A stretch of 64,000 nucleotides of DNA, from contig OZ024743.1 in the NCBI GenBank assembly GCA_964016885.1, positions 234,422,001-234,486,000 on the forward strand, written 5' to 3'. The notes under the pieces were generated by a model, which had not been told where the DNA came from, did no database searches, and saw only the letters and a list, made by a program, of their open reading frames with translations. The position numbers and the translations under genes were made by a program. The stretch comes from Eledone cirrhosa. Its lineage: Eukaryota. Below are positions 52,401-64,000 of the stretch, piece by piece; position 1 is the stretch's first letter; each line of letters begins with the position of its first letter.

Positions 52401-53060
52401 GCGTATTTTCAAAACAATCCATATTTCGCTAAAACAAACTACATTTTCTGTTTCTATTAATTGCTAAATACGTAGGTTTTTGGACGTATTTAACAGAACA
52501 AATTTTGTATTTTTGTTAATCGCTTGTTAAATGCATGGACCCCCATTCAATCATTACCTTCTTGCTAGCTATTTTCAAACCTTAATTCCTAACGTATTTT
52601 CAAACCTCAATCCCTAATTCTAGCGTATCTTCAAAACAAAAAACAAAATCCTTTCCTTCTTCCTTCTTCGAAGGCACGGGGCGGTCAAACGCCTAACACT
52701 CACAGCCATCATGTGGCCCCCTCCCCTCGCTCTCTCTCACTCTCTCTCTCTCTATATAAATATATGATAGGAATTCACTTCGCCAAATTTCATTTCATTG
52801 CTTGCTGACCACGATATTCATGTAAACGTAATGTACAGACTTCATCTCTCTCCCTCCACAAATCTTAATTCTAGCGTATTTTCAAAACAATCCATATTTC
52901 GCTAAAACAAACTACATTTTCTGTTTCTATTAATTGCTAAATACGTAGGTTTTTGGACGTATTTAACAGAACAAATTTTGTATTTTTGTTAATCGCTTGT
53001 TAAATGCATGGACCCCATTCAATCATTACCTTCTTGCTAGCTATTTTCAAACCTTAATTC
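37482..53060. repeat. Imperfect 17-18-monomer (about 8.0-8.5 kb) block duplication within array B
   Basis: Rare variants recur in order. Monomers with an extra A and short CT tract start at 37482 and 45976 (offset 8494). CCAACATG occurs near 38542 and 47036. TATATAAA occurs near 41891 and 49917. ACATCCATC occurs at 44204 and 52230 (offset 8026), each flanked by GGACCCCCA (+C) variants. Confidence 0.75.
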
Positions 53061-56000
53061 CTAACGTATTTTCAAACCTCAATCCCTAATTCTAGCGTAT
53101 CTTCAAAACAAAAAACAAAATCCTTTCCTTCTTCCTTCTTCGAAGGCACGGGGCGGTCAAACGCCTAACACTCACAGCCATCATGTGGCCCCCTCCCCTC
53201 GCTCTCTCTCACTCTCTCTCTCTCTCTATAAATATATGATAGGAATTCACTTCGCCAAATTTCATTTCATTGCTTGCTTACCACGATATTCATGTAAACG
53301 TAATGTACAGACTTCATCTCTCTCCCTCCACAAATCTTAATTCTAGCGTATTTTCAAAACAATCCATATTTCGCTAAAACAAACTACATTTTCTGTTTCT
53401 ATTAATTGCTAAATACGTAGGTTTTTGGACGTATTTAACAGAACAAATTTTGTATTTTTGTTAATCGCTTGTTAAATGCATGGACCCCATTCAATCATTA
53501 CCTTCTTGCTAGCTATTTTCAAACCTTAATTCCTAACGTATTTTCAAACCTCAATCCCTAATTCTAGCGTATCTTCAAAACAAAAAAACAAAATCCTTTC
53601 CTTCTTCCTTCTTCGAAGTCACGGGGCGGTCAAACGCCTAACACTCACAGCCATCATGTGGCCCCCTCCCCTCGCTCTCTCTCACTCTCTCTCTCTCTCT
53701 ATAAATATATGATAGGAATTCACTTCGCCAAATTTCATTTCATTGCTTGCTGACCACGATATTCATGTAAACGTAATGTACAGACTTCATCTCTCTCCCT
53801 CCACAAATCTTAATTCTAGCGTATTTTCAAAACAATCCATATTTCGCTAAAACAAACTACATTTTCTGTTTCTATTAATTGCTAAATACGTAGGTTTTTG
53901 GACGTATTTAACAGAACAAATTTTGTATTTTTGTTAATCGCTTGTTAAATGCATGGACCCCCATTCAATCATTACCTTCTTGCTAGCTATTTTCAAACCT
54001 TAATTCCTAACGTATTTTCAAACCTCAATCCCTAATTCTAGCGTATCTTCAAAACAAAAAACAAAATCCTTTCCTTCTTCCTTCTTTGAAGGCACGGGGC
54101 GGTCAAACGCCTAACACTCACAGCCATCATGTGGCCCCCTCCCCTCGCTCTCTCTCACTCTCTCTCTCTCTATATAAATATATGATAGGAATTCACTTCG
54201 CCAAATTTCATTTCATTGCTTGCTGACCACGATATTCATGTAAACGTAATGTACAGACTTCATCTCTCTCCCTCCACAAATCTTAATTCTAGCGTATTTT
54301 CAAAACAATCCATATTTCGCTAAAACAAACTACATTTTCTGTTTCTATTAATTGCTAAATACGTAGGTTTTTGGACGTATTTAACAGAACAAATTTTGTA
54401 TTTTTGTTAATCGCTTGTTAAATGCATGGACCCCATTCAATCATTACCTTCTTGCTAGCTATTTTCAAACCTTAATTCCTAACGTATTTTCAAACCTCAA
54501 TCCCTAATTCTAGCGTATCTTCAAAACAAAAAACAAAATCCTTTCCTTCTTCCTTCTTCGAAGGCACGGGGCGGTCAAACGCCTAACACTCACAGCCATC
54601 ATGTGGCCCCCTCCCCTCGCTCTCTCTCACTCTCTCTCTCTCTCTATAAATATATGATAGTAATTCACTTCGCCAAATTTCATTTCATTGCTTGCTGTCC
54701 ACGATATTCATGTAAACGTAATGTACAGACTTCATCTCTCTCCCTCCACAAATCTTAATTCTAGCGTATTTTCAAAACAATCCATATTTCGCTAAAACAA
54801 GCTACATTTTCTGTTTCTATTAATTGCTAAGTACGTAGGTTTTTGGACGTATTTAACAGAACAAATTTTGTATTTTTGTTAATCGCTTGTTAAATGCATG
54901 GACCCCATTCAATCATTACCTTCTTGCTAGCTATTTTCAAACCTTAATTCCTAACGTATTTTCAAACCTCAATCCCTAATTCTAGCGTATCTTCAAAACA
55001 AAAAAACAAAATCCTTTCCTTCTTCCTTCTTCGAAGTCACGGGGCGGTCAAACGCCTAACACTCACAGCCATCATGTGGCCCCCTCCCCTCGCTCTCTCT
55101 CACTCTCTCTCTCTCTCTATAAATATATGATAGGAATTCACTTCGCCAAATTTCATTTCATTGCTTGCTGACCACGATATTCATGTAAACGTAATGTACA
55201 GACTTCATCTCTCTCCCTCCACAAATCTTAATTCTAGCGTATTTTCAAAACAATCCATATTTCGCTAAAACAAACTACATTTTCTGTTTCTATTAATTGC
55301 TAAATACGTAGGTTTTTGGACGTATTTAACAGAACAAATTTTGTATTTTTGTTAATCGCTTGTTAAATGCATGGACCCCATTCAATCATTACCTTCTTGC
55401 TAGCTATTTTCAAACCTTAATTCCTAACGTATTTTCAAACCTCAATCCCTAATTCTAGCGTATCTTCAAAACAAAAAACAAAATCCTTTCCTTCTTCCTT
55501 CTTCGAAGGCACGGGGCGGTCAAACGCCTAACACTCACAGCCATCATGTGGCCCCCTCCCCTCGCTCTCTCTCACTCTCTCTCTCTCTCTATAAATATAT
55601 GATAGGAATTCACTTCGCCAAATTTCATTTCATTGCTTGCTGCCCACGATATTCATGTAAACGTAATGTACAGACTTCATCTCTCTCCCTCCACAAATCT
55701 TAATTCTAGCGTATTTTCAAAACAATCCATATTTCGCTAAAACAAACTACATTTTCTGTTTCTATTAATTGCTAAATACGTAGGTTTTTGGACGTATTTA
55801 ACAGAACAAATTTTGTATTTTTGTTAATCGCTTGTTAAATGCATGGACCCCATTCAATCATTACCTTCTTGCTAGCTATTTTCAAACCTTAATTCCTAAC
55901 GTATTTTCAAACCTCAATCCCTAATTCTAGCGTATCTTCAAAACAAAAAACAAAATCCTTTCCTTCTTCCTTCTTCGAAGGCACGGGGCGGTCAAACGCC

Positions 56001-59000
56001 TAACACTCACAGCCATCATGTGGCCCCCTCCCCTCGCTCTCTCTCACTCTCTCTCTCTCTCTATAAATATATGATAGGAATTCACTTCGCCAAATTTCAT
56101 TTCATTGCTTGCTGACCACGATATTCATGTAAACGTAATGTACAGACTTCATCTCTCTCCCTCCACAAATCTTAATTCTAGCGTATTTTCAAAACAATCC
56201 ATATTTCGCTAAAACAAACTACATTTTCTGTTTCTATTAATTGCTAAATACGTAGGTTTTTGGACGTATTTAACAGAACAAATTTTGTATTTTTGTTAAT
56301 CGCTTGTTAAATGCATGGACCCCATTCAATCATTACCTTCTTGCTAGCTATTTTCAAACCTTAATTCCTAACGTATTTTCAAACCTCAATCCCTAATTCT
56401 AGCGTATCTTCAAAAAAAAAAACAAAATCCTTTCCTTCTTCCTTCTTCGAAGGCACGGGGCGGTCAAACGCCTAACACTCACAGCCATCATGTGGCCCCC
56501 TCCCCTCGCTCTCTCTCACTCTCTCTCTCTCTCTATAAATATATGATAGGAATTCACTTCGCCAAATTTCATTTCATTGCTTGCTGTCCACGATATTCAT
56601 GTAAACGTAATGTACAGACTTCATCTCTCTCCCTCCACAAATCTTAATTCTAGCGTATTTTCAAAACAATCCATATTTCGCTAAAACAAACTACATTTTC
56701 TGTTTCTATTAATTGCTAAATACGTAGGTTTTTGGACGTATTTAACAGAACAAATTTTGTATTTTTGTTAATCGCTTGTTAAATGCATGGACCCCATTCA
56801 ATCATTACCTTCTTGCTAGCTATTTTCAAACCTTAATTCCTAACGTATTTTCAAACCTCAATCCCTAATTCTAGCGTATCTTCAAAACAAAAAACAAAAT
56901 CCTTTCCTTCTTCCTTCTTCGAAAGCACGGGGCGGTCAAACGCCTAACACTCACAGCCATCATGTGGCCCCCTCCCCTCGCTCTCTCTCACTCTCTCTCT
57001 CTCTCTATAAATATATGATAGGAATTCACTTCGCCAAATTTCATTTCATTGCTTGCTGACCACGATATTCATGTAAACGTAATGTACAGACTTCATCTCT
57101 CTCCCTCCACAAATCTTAATTCTAGCGTATTTTCAAAACAATCCATATTTCGCTAAAACAAACTACATTTTCTGTTTCTATTAATTGCTAAATACGTAGG
57201 TTTTTGGACGTATTTAACAGAACAAATTTTGTATTTTTGTTAATAGCTTGTTAAATGCATGGACCCCCATTCAATCATTACCTTCTTGCTAGCTATTTTC
57301 AAACCTTAATTCCTAACGTATTTTCAAACCTCAATCCCTAATTCTAGCGTATCTTCAAAACAAAAAACAAAATCCTTTCCTTCTTCCTTCTTTGAAGGCA
57401 CGGGGCGGTCAAACGCCTAACACTCACAGCCATCATGTGGCCCCCTCCCCTCGCTCTCTCTCACTCTCTCTCTCTCTCTATAAATATATGATAGGAATTC
57501 ACTTCGCCAAATTTCATTTCATTGCTTGCTGACCACGATATTCATGTAAACGTAATGTACAGACTTCATCTCTCTCCCTCCACAAATCTTAATTCTAGCG
57601 TATTTTCAAAACAATCCATATTTCGCTAAAACAAACTACATTTTCTGTTTCTATTAATTGCTAAATACGTAGGTTTTTGGACGTATTTAACAGAACAAAT
57701 TTTGTATTTTTGTTAATCGCTTGTTAAATGCATGGACCCCATTCAATCATTACCTTCTTGCTAGCTATTTTCAAACCTTAATTCCTAACGTATTTTCAAA
57801 CCTCAATCCCTAATTCTAGCGTATCTTCAAAACAAAAAACAAAATCCTTTCCTTCTTCCTTCTTCGAAGGCACGGGGCGGTCAAACGCCTAACACTCACA
57901 GCCATCATGTGGCCCCCTCCCCTCGCTCTCTCTCACTCTCTCTCTCTCTCTATAAATATATGATAGGAATTCACTTCGCCAAATTTCATTTCATTGCTTG
58001 CTGCCCACGATATTCATTTAAACGTAATGTACAGACTTCATCTCTCTCCCTCCACAAATCTTAATTCTAGCGTATTTTCAAAACAATCCATATTTCGCTA
58101 AAACAAACTACATTTTCTGTTTCTATTATTTGCTAAATACGTAGGTTTTTGGACGTATTTAACAGAACAAATTTTGTATTTTTGTTAATCGCTTGTTAAA
58201 TGCATGGACCCCATTCAATCATTACCTTCTTGCTAGCTATTTTCAAACCTTAATTCCTAACGTATTTTCAAACCTCAATCCCTAATTCTAGCGTATCTTC
58301 AAAACAAAAAACAAAATCCTTTCCTTCTTCCTTCTTCGAAGGCACGGGGCGGTCAAACGCCTAACACTCACAGCCATCATGTGGCCCCCTCCCCTCGCTC
58401 TCTCTCACTCTCTCTCTCTCTCTATAAATATATGATAGGAATTCACTTCGCCAAATTTCATTTCATTGCTTGCTTACCACGATATTCATGTAAACGTAAT
58501 GTACAGACTTCATCTCTCTCCCTCCACAAATCTTAATTCTAGCGTATTTTCAAAACAATCCATATTTCGCTAAAACAAACTACATTTTCTGTTTCTATTA
58601 ATTGCTAAATACGTAGGTTTTTGGACGTATTTAACAGAACAAATTTTGTATTTTTGTTAATCGCTTGTTAAATGCATGGACCCCATTCAATCATTACCTT
58701 CTTGCTAGCTATTTTCAAACCTTAATTCCTAACGTATTTTCAAACCTCAATCCCTAATTCTAGCGTATCTTCAAAACAAAAAACAAAATCCTTTCCTTCT
58801 TCCTTCTTCGAAGGCACGGGGCGGTCAAACGCCTAACACTCACAGCCATCATGTGGCCCCCTCCCCTCGCTCTCTCTCACTCTCTCTCTCTCTCTCTATA
58901 AATATATGATAGGAATTCACTTCGCCAAATTTCATTTCATTGCTTGCTTACCACGATATTCATGTAAACGTAATGTACAGACTTCATCTCTCTCCCTCCA

Positions 59001-62000
59001 CAAATCTTAATTCTAGCGTATTTTCAAAACAATCCATATTTCGCTAAAACAAACTACATTTTCTGTTTCTATTAATTGCTAAATACGTAGGTTTTGGGAC
59101 GTATTTAACAGAACAAATTTTGTATTTTTGTTAATCGCTTGTTAAATGCATGGACCCCATTCAATCATTACCTTCTTGCTAGCTATTTTCAAACCTTAAT
59201 TCCTAACGTATTTTCAAACCTCAATCCCTAATTCTAGCGTATCTTCAAAACAAAAAACAAAATCCTTTCCTTCTTCCTTCTTCGAAGGCACGGGGCGGTC
59301 AAACGCCTAACACTCACAGCCATCATGTGGCCCCCTCCCCTCGCTCTCTCTCACTCTCTCTCTCTCTCTATAAATATATGATAGGAATTCACTTCGCCAA
59401 ATTTCATTTCATTGCTTGCTTACCACGATATTCATGTAAACGTAATGTACAGACTTCATCTCTCTCCCTCCACAAATCTTAATTCTAGCGTATTTTCAAA
59501 ACAATCCATATTTCGCTAAAACAAACTACATTTTCTGTTTCTATTAATTGCTAAATACGTAGGTTTTTGGACGTATTTAACAGAACAAATTTTGTATTTT
59601 TGTTAATCGCTTGTTAAATGCATGGACCCCATTCAATCATTACCTTCTTGCTAGCTATTTTCAAACCTTAATTCCTAACGTATTTTCAAACCTCAATCCC
59701 TAATTCTAGCGTATCTTCAAAACAAAAAACAAAATCCTTTCCTTCTTCCTTCTTCGAAGGCACGGGGCGGTCAAACGCCTAACACTCACAGCCATCATGT
59801 GGCCCCCTCCCCTCGCTCTCTCTCACTCTCTCTCTCTCTCTATAAATATATGATAGGAATTCACTTCGCCAAATTTCATTTCATTGCTTGCTGACCACGA
59901 TATTCATGTAAACGTAATGTACAGACTTCATCTCTCTCCCTCCACAAATCTTAATTCTAGCGTATTTTCAAAACAATCCATATTTCGCTAAAACAAACTA
60001 CATTTTCTGTTTCTATTAATTGCTAAATACGTAGGTTTTTGGACGTATTTAACAGAACAAATTTTGTATTTTTGTTAATCGCTTGTTAAATGCATGGACC
60101 CCATTCAATCATTACCTTCTTGCTAGCTATTTTCAAACCTTAATTCCTAACGTATTTTCAAACCTCAATCCCTAATTCTAGCGTATCTTCAAAACAAAAA
60201 ACAAAATCCTTTCCTTCTTCCTTCTTCGAAGGCACGGGGCGGTCAAACGCCTAACACTTACAGCCATCATGTGGCCCCCTCCCCTCGCTCTCTCTCACTC
60301 TCTCTCTCTCTCTATAAATATATGATAGGAATTCACTTCGCCAAATTTCATTTCATTGCTTGCTGACCACGATATTCATGTAAACGTAATGTACAGACTT
60401 CATCTCTCTCCCTCCACAAATCTTAATTCTAGCGTATTTTCAAAACAATCCATATTTCGCTAAAACAAACTACATTTTCTGTTTCTATTAATTGCTAAAT
60501 ACGTAGGTTTTTGGACGTATTTAACAGAACAAATTTTGTATTTTTGTTAATCGCTTGTTAAATGCATGGACCCCATTCAATCATTACCTTCTTGCTAGCT
60601 ATTTTCAAACCTTAATTCCTAACGTATTTTCAAACCTCAATCCCTAATTCTAGCGTATCTTCAAAACAAAAAACAAAATCCTTTCCTTCTTCCTTCTTCG
60701 AAGGCACGGGGCGGTCAAACGCCTAACACTCACAGCCATCATGTGGCCCCCTCCCCTCGCTCTCTCTCACTCTCTCTCTCTCTCTATAAATATATGATAG
60801 GAATTCACTTCGCCAAATTTCATTTCATTGCTTGCTTACCACGATATTCATGTAAACGTAATGTACAGACTTCATCTCTCTCCCTCCACAAATCTTAATT
60901 CTAGCGTATTTTCAAAACAATCCATATTTCGCTAAAACAAACTACATTTTCTGTTTCTATTAATTGCTAAATACGTAGGTTTTTGGACGTATTTAACAGA
61001 ACAAATTTTGTATTTTTGTTAATCGCTTGTTAAATGCATGGACCCCATTCAATCATTACCTTCTTGCTAGCTATTTTCAAACCTTAATTCCTAACGTATT
61101 TTCAAACCTCAATCCCTAATTCTAGCGTATCTTCAAAACAAAAAAACAAAATCCTTTCCTTCTTCCTTCTTCGAAGGCACGGGGCGGTCAAACGCCTAAC
61201 ACTCACAGCCATCATGTGGCCCCCTCCCCTCGCTCTCTCTCACTCTCTCTCTCTCTCTATAAATATATGATAGGAATTCACTTCGCCAAATTTCATTTCA
61301 TTGCTTGCTGACCACGATATTCATGTAAACGTAATGTACAGACTTCATCTCTCTCCCTCCACAAATCTTAATTCTAGCGTATTTTCAAAACAATCCATAT
61401 TTCGCTAAAACAAACTACATTTTCTGTTTCTATTAATTGCTAAATACGTAGGTTTTTGGACGTATTTAACAGAACAAATTTTGTATTTTTGTTAATCGCT
61501 TGTTAAATGCATGGACCCCATTCAATCATTACCTTCTTGCTAGCTATTTTCAAACCTTAATTCCTAACGTATTTTCAAACCTCAATCCCTAATTCTAGCG
61601 TATCTTCAAAACAAAAAACAAAATCCTTTCCTTCTTCCTTCTTCGAAGGCACGGGGCGGTCAAACGCCTAACACTCACAGCCAACATGTGGCCCCCTCCC
61701 CTCGCTCTCTCTCACTCTCTCTCTCTCTCTATAAATATATGATAGGAATTCACTTCGCCAAATTTCATTTCATTGCTTGCTTACCACGATATTCATGTAA
61801 ACGTAATGTACAGACTTCATCTCTCTCCCTCCACAAATCTTAATTCTAGCGTATTTTCAAAACAATCCATATTTCGCTAAAACAAACTACATTTTCTGTT
61901 TCTATTAATTGCTAAATACGTAGGTTTTTGGACGTATTTAACAGAACAAATTTTGTATTTTTGTTAATCGCTTGTTAAATGCATGGACCCCATTCAATCA

Positions 62001-64000
62001 TTACCTTCTTGCTAGCTATTTTCAAACCTTAATTCCTAACGTATTTTCAAACCTCAATCCCTAATTCTAGCGTATCTTCAAAACAAAAAACAAAATCCTT
62101 TCCTTCTTCCTTCTTCGAAGGCACGGGGCGGTCAAACGCCTAACACTCACAGCCATCATGTGGCCCCCTCCCCTCGCTCTCTCTCACTCTCTCTCTCTCT
62201 CTCTATAAATATATGATAGGAATTCACTTCGCCAAATTTCATTTCATTGCTTGCTGACCACGATATTCATGTAAACGTAATGTACAGACTTCATCTCTCT
62301 CCCTCCACAAATCTTAATTCTAGCGTATTTTCAAAACAATCCATATTTCGCTAAAACAAACTACATTTTCTGTTTCTATTAATTGCTAAATACGTAGGTT
62401 TTTGGACGTATTTAACAGAACAAATTTTGTATTTTTGTTAATCGCTTGTTAAATGCATGGACCCCATTCAATCATTACCTTCTTGCTAGCTATTTTCAAA
62501 CCTTAATTCCTAACGTATTTTCAAACCTCAATCCCTAATTCTAGCGTATCTTCAAAACAAAAAACAAAATCCTTTCCTTCTTCCTTCTTCGAAGGCACGG
62601 GGCGGTCAAACGCCTAACACTCACAGCCATCATGTGGCCCCCTCCCCTCGCTCTCTCTCACTCTCTCTCTCTCTCTATAAATATATGATAGGAATTCACT
62701 TCGCCAAATTTCATTTCATTGCTTGCTTACCACGATATTCATGTAAACGTAATGTACAGACTTCATCTCTCTCCCTCCACAAATCTTAATTCTAGCGTAT
62801 TTTCAAAACAATCCATATTTCGCTAAAACAAACTACATTTTCTGTTTCTATTAATTGCTAAATACGTAGGTTTTTGGACGTATTTAACAGAACAAATTTT
62901 GTATTTTTGTTAATCGCTTGTTAAATGCATGGACCCCATTCAATCATTACCTTCTTGCTAGCTATTTTCAAACCTTAATTCCTAACGTATTTTCAAACCT
63001 CAATCCCTAATTCTAGCGTATCTTCAAAACAAAAAACAAAATCCTTTCCTTCTTCCTTCTTCGAAGGCACGGGGCGGTCAAACGCCTAACACTCACAGCC
63101 ATCATGTGGCCCCCTCCCCTCGCTCTCTCTCACTCTCTCTCTCTCTCTATAAATATATGATAGGAATTCACTTCGCCAAATTTCATTTCATTGCTTGCTG
63201 ACCACGATATTCATGTAAACGTAATGTACAGACTTCATCTCTCTCCCTCCACAAATCTTAATTCTAGCGTATTTTCAAAACAATCCATATTTCGCTAAAA
63301 CAAACTACATTTTCTGTTTCTATTAATTGCTAAATAGTATTTAACAGAACAAATTTTGTATTTTTGTTAATCGCTTGTTAAATGCATGGACCCCATTCAA
63401 TCATTACCTTCTTGCTAGCTATTTTCAAACCTTAATTCCTAACGTATTTTCAAACCTCAATCCCTAATTCTAGCGTATCTTCAAAACAAAAAACAAAATC
63501 CTTTCCTTCTTCCTTCTTCGAAGGCACGGGGCGGTCAAACGCCTAACACTCACAGCCATCATGTGGCCCCCTCCCCTCGCTCTCTCTCACTCTCTCTCTC
63601 TCTCTATAAATATATGATAGGAATTCACTTCGCCAAATTTCATTTCATTGCTTGCTGTCCACGATATTCATGTAAACGTAATGTACAGACTTCATCTCTC
63701 TCCCTCCACAAATCTTAATTCTAGCGTATTTTCAAAACAATCCATATTTCGCTAAAACAAACTACATTTTCTGTTTCTATTAATTGCTAAATACGTAGGT
63801 TTTTGGACGTATTTAACAGAACAAATTTTGTATTTTTGTTAATCGCTTGTTAAATGCATGGACCCCATTCAATCATTACCTTCTTGCTAGCTATTTTCAA
63901 ACCTTAATTCCTAACGTATTTTCAAACCTCAATCCCTAATTCTAGCGTATCTTCAAAACAAAAAACAAAATCCTTTCCTTCTTCCTTCTTCGAAGGCACG

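Larger units (their letters stand above)
29464..64000. repeat. Satellite array B: head-to-tail tandem repeat, 472-bp monomer, about 73 copies (continues beyond the right edge)
   Basis: TAACGTATTTTCAAACC starts at 29464, 29936 and 30408 (period 472) and recurs to the window end with small indels. A hand count of the first monomer gives about 173/472 G+C, with G about 50 and C about 123 on the + strand. Nearly every monomer has one EcoRI site (GAATTC). Confidence 0.99.

Noticed and set aside
1-64000. CRISPR array or repeat-spacer system (including the 25-bp direct repeat in array B)
   Set aside because: The sequences between repeats are identical from unit to unit and far too long. There are no unique spacers and no cas-like ORFs.
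1-64000. 5S rRNA, tRNA, U snRNA or histone gene tandem array
   Set aside because: I could not recognise 5S sequence, a cloverleaf with A/B boxes, U snRNA sequence or a histone ORF on either strand of either monomer. This was by eye, so an Infernal or tRNAscan-SE run would be the decisive test.

Overview
The window is entirely non-coding tandem-repeat (satellite-type) DNA, most likely from a eukaryotic long-read assembly; the organism cannot be identified from the sequence. Two unrelated, highly homogeneous head-to-tail arrays meet at one sharp junction at base 29464. Array A (1-29464) has about 130 copies of a 227-bp monomer, about 49% GC, CpG-rich and unusually rich in palindromes. It shows no net indel across the array, has two monomer haplotypes (GGG versus AAA), and contains local 6-mer and 8-mer higher-order repeats. 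Array B (29464-64000, open at the right edge) has about 73 copies of a 472-bp monomer, about 37% GC with strong C-over-G skew. Each B monomer carries a 25-bp internal direct repeat, a (CT)n microsatellite, a GC-box/TATA/Inr-like arrangement, AT-rich inverted repeats and one hypervariable dinucleotide, and the array contains a 17-18-monomer block duplication. The repeated 64-aa ORFs and the single 62-aa ORF are by-products of the repeats. I found no protein-coding gene, rRNA, tRNA, CRISPR array or transposase. I cannot support a new biological system here. The best leads are the undegraded satellite-to-satellite junction, the alternative hairpins in array A, and the promoter-like module repeated in every array B unit.
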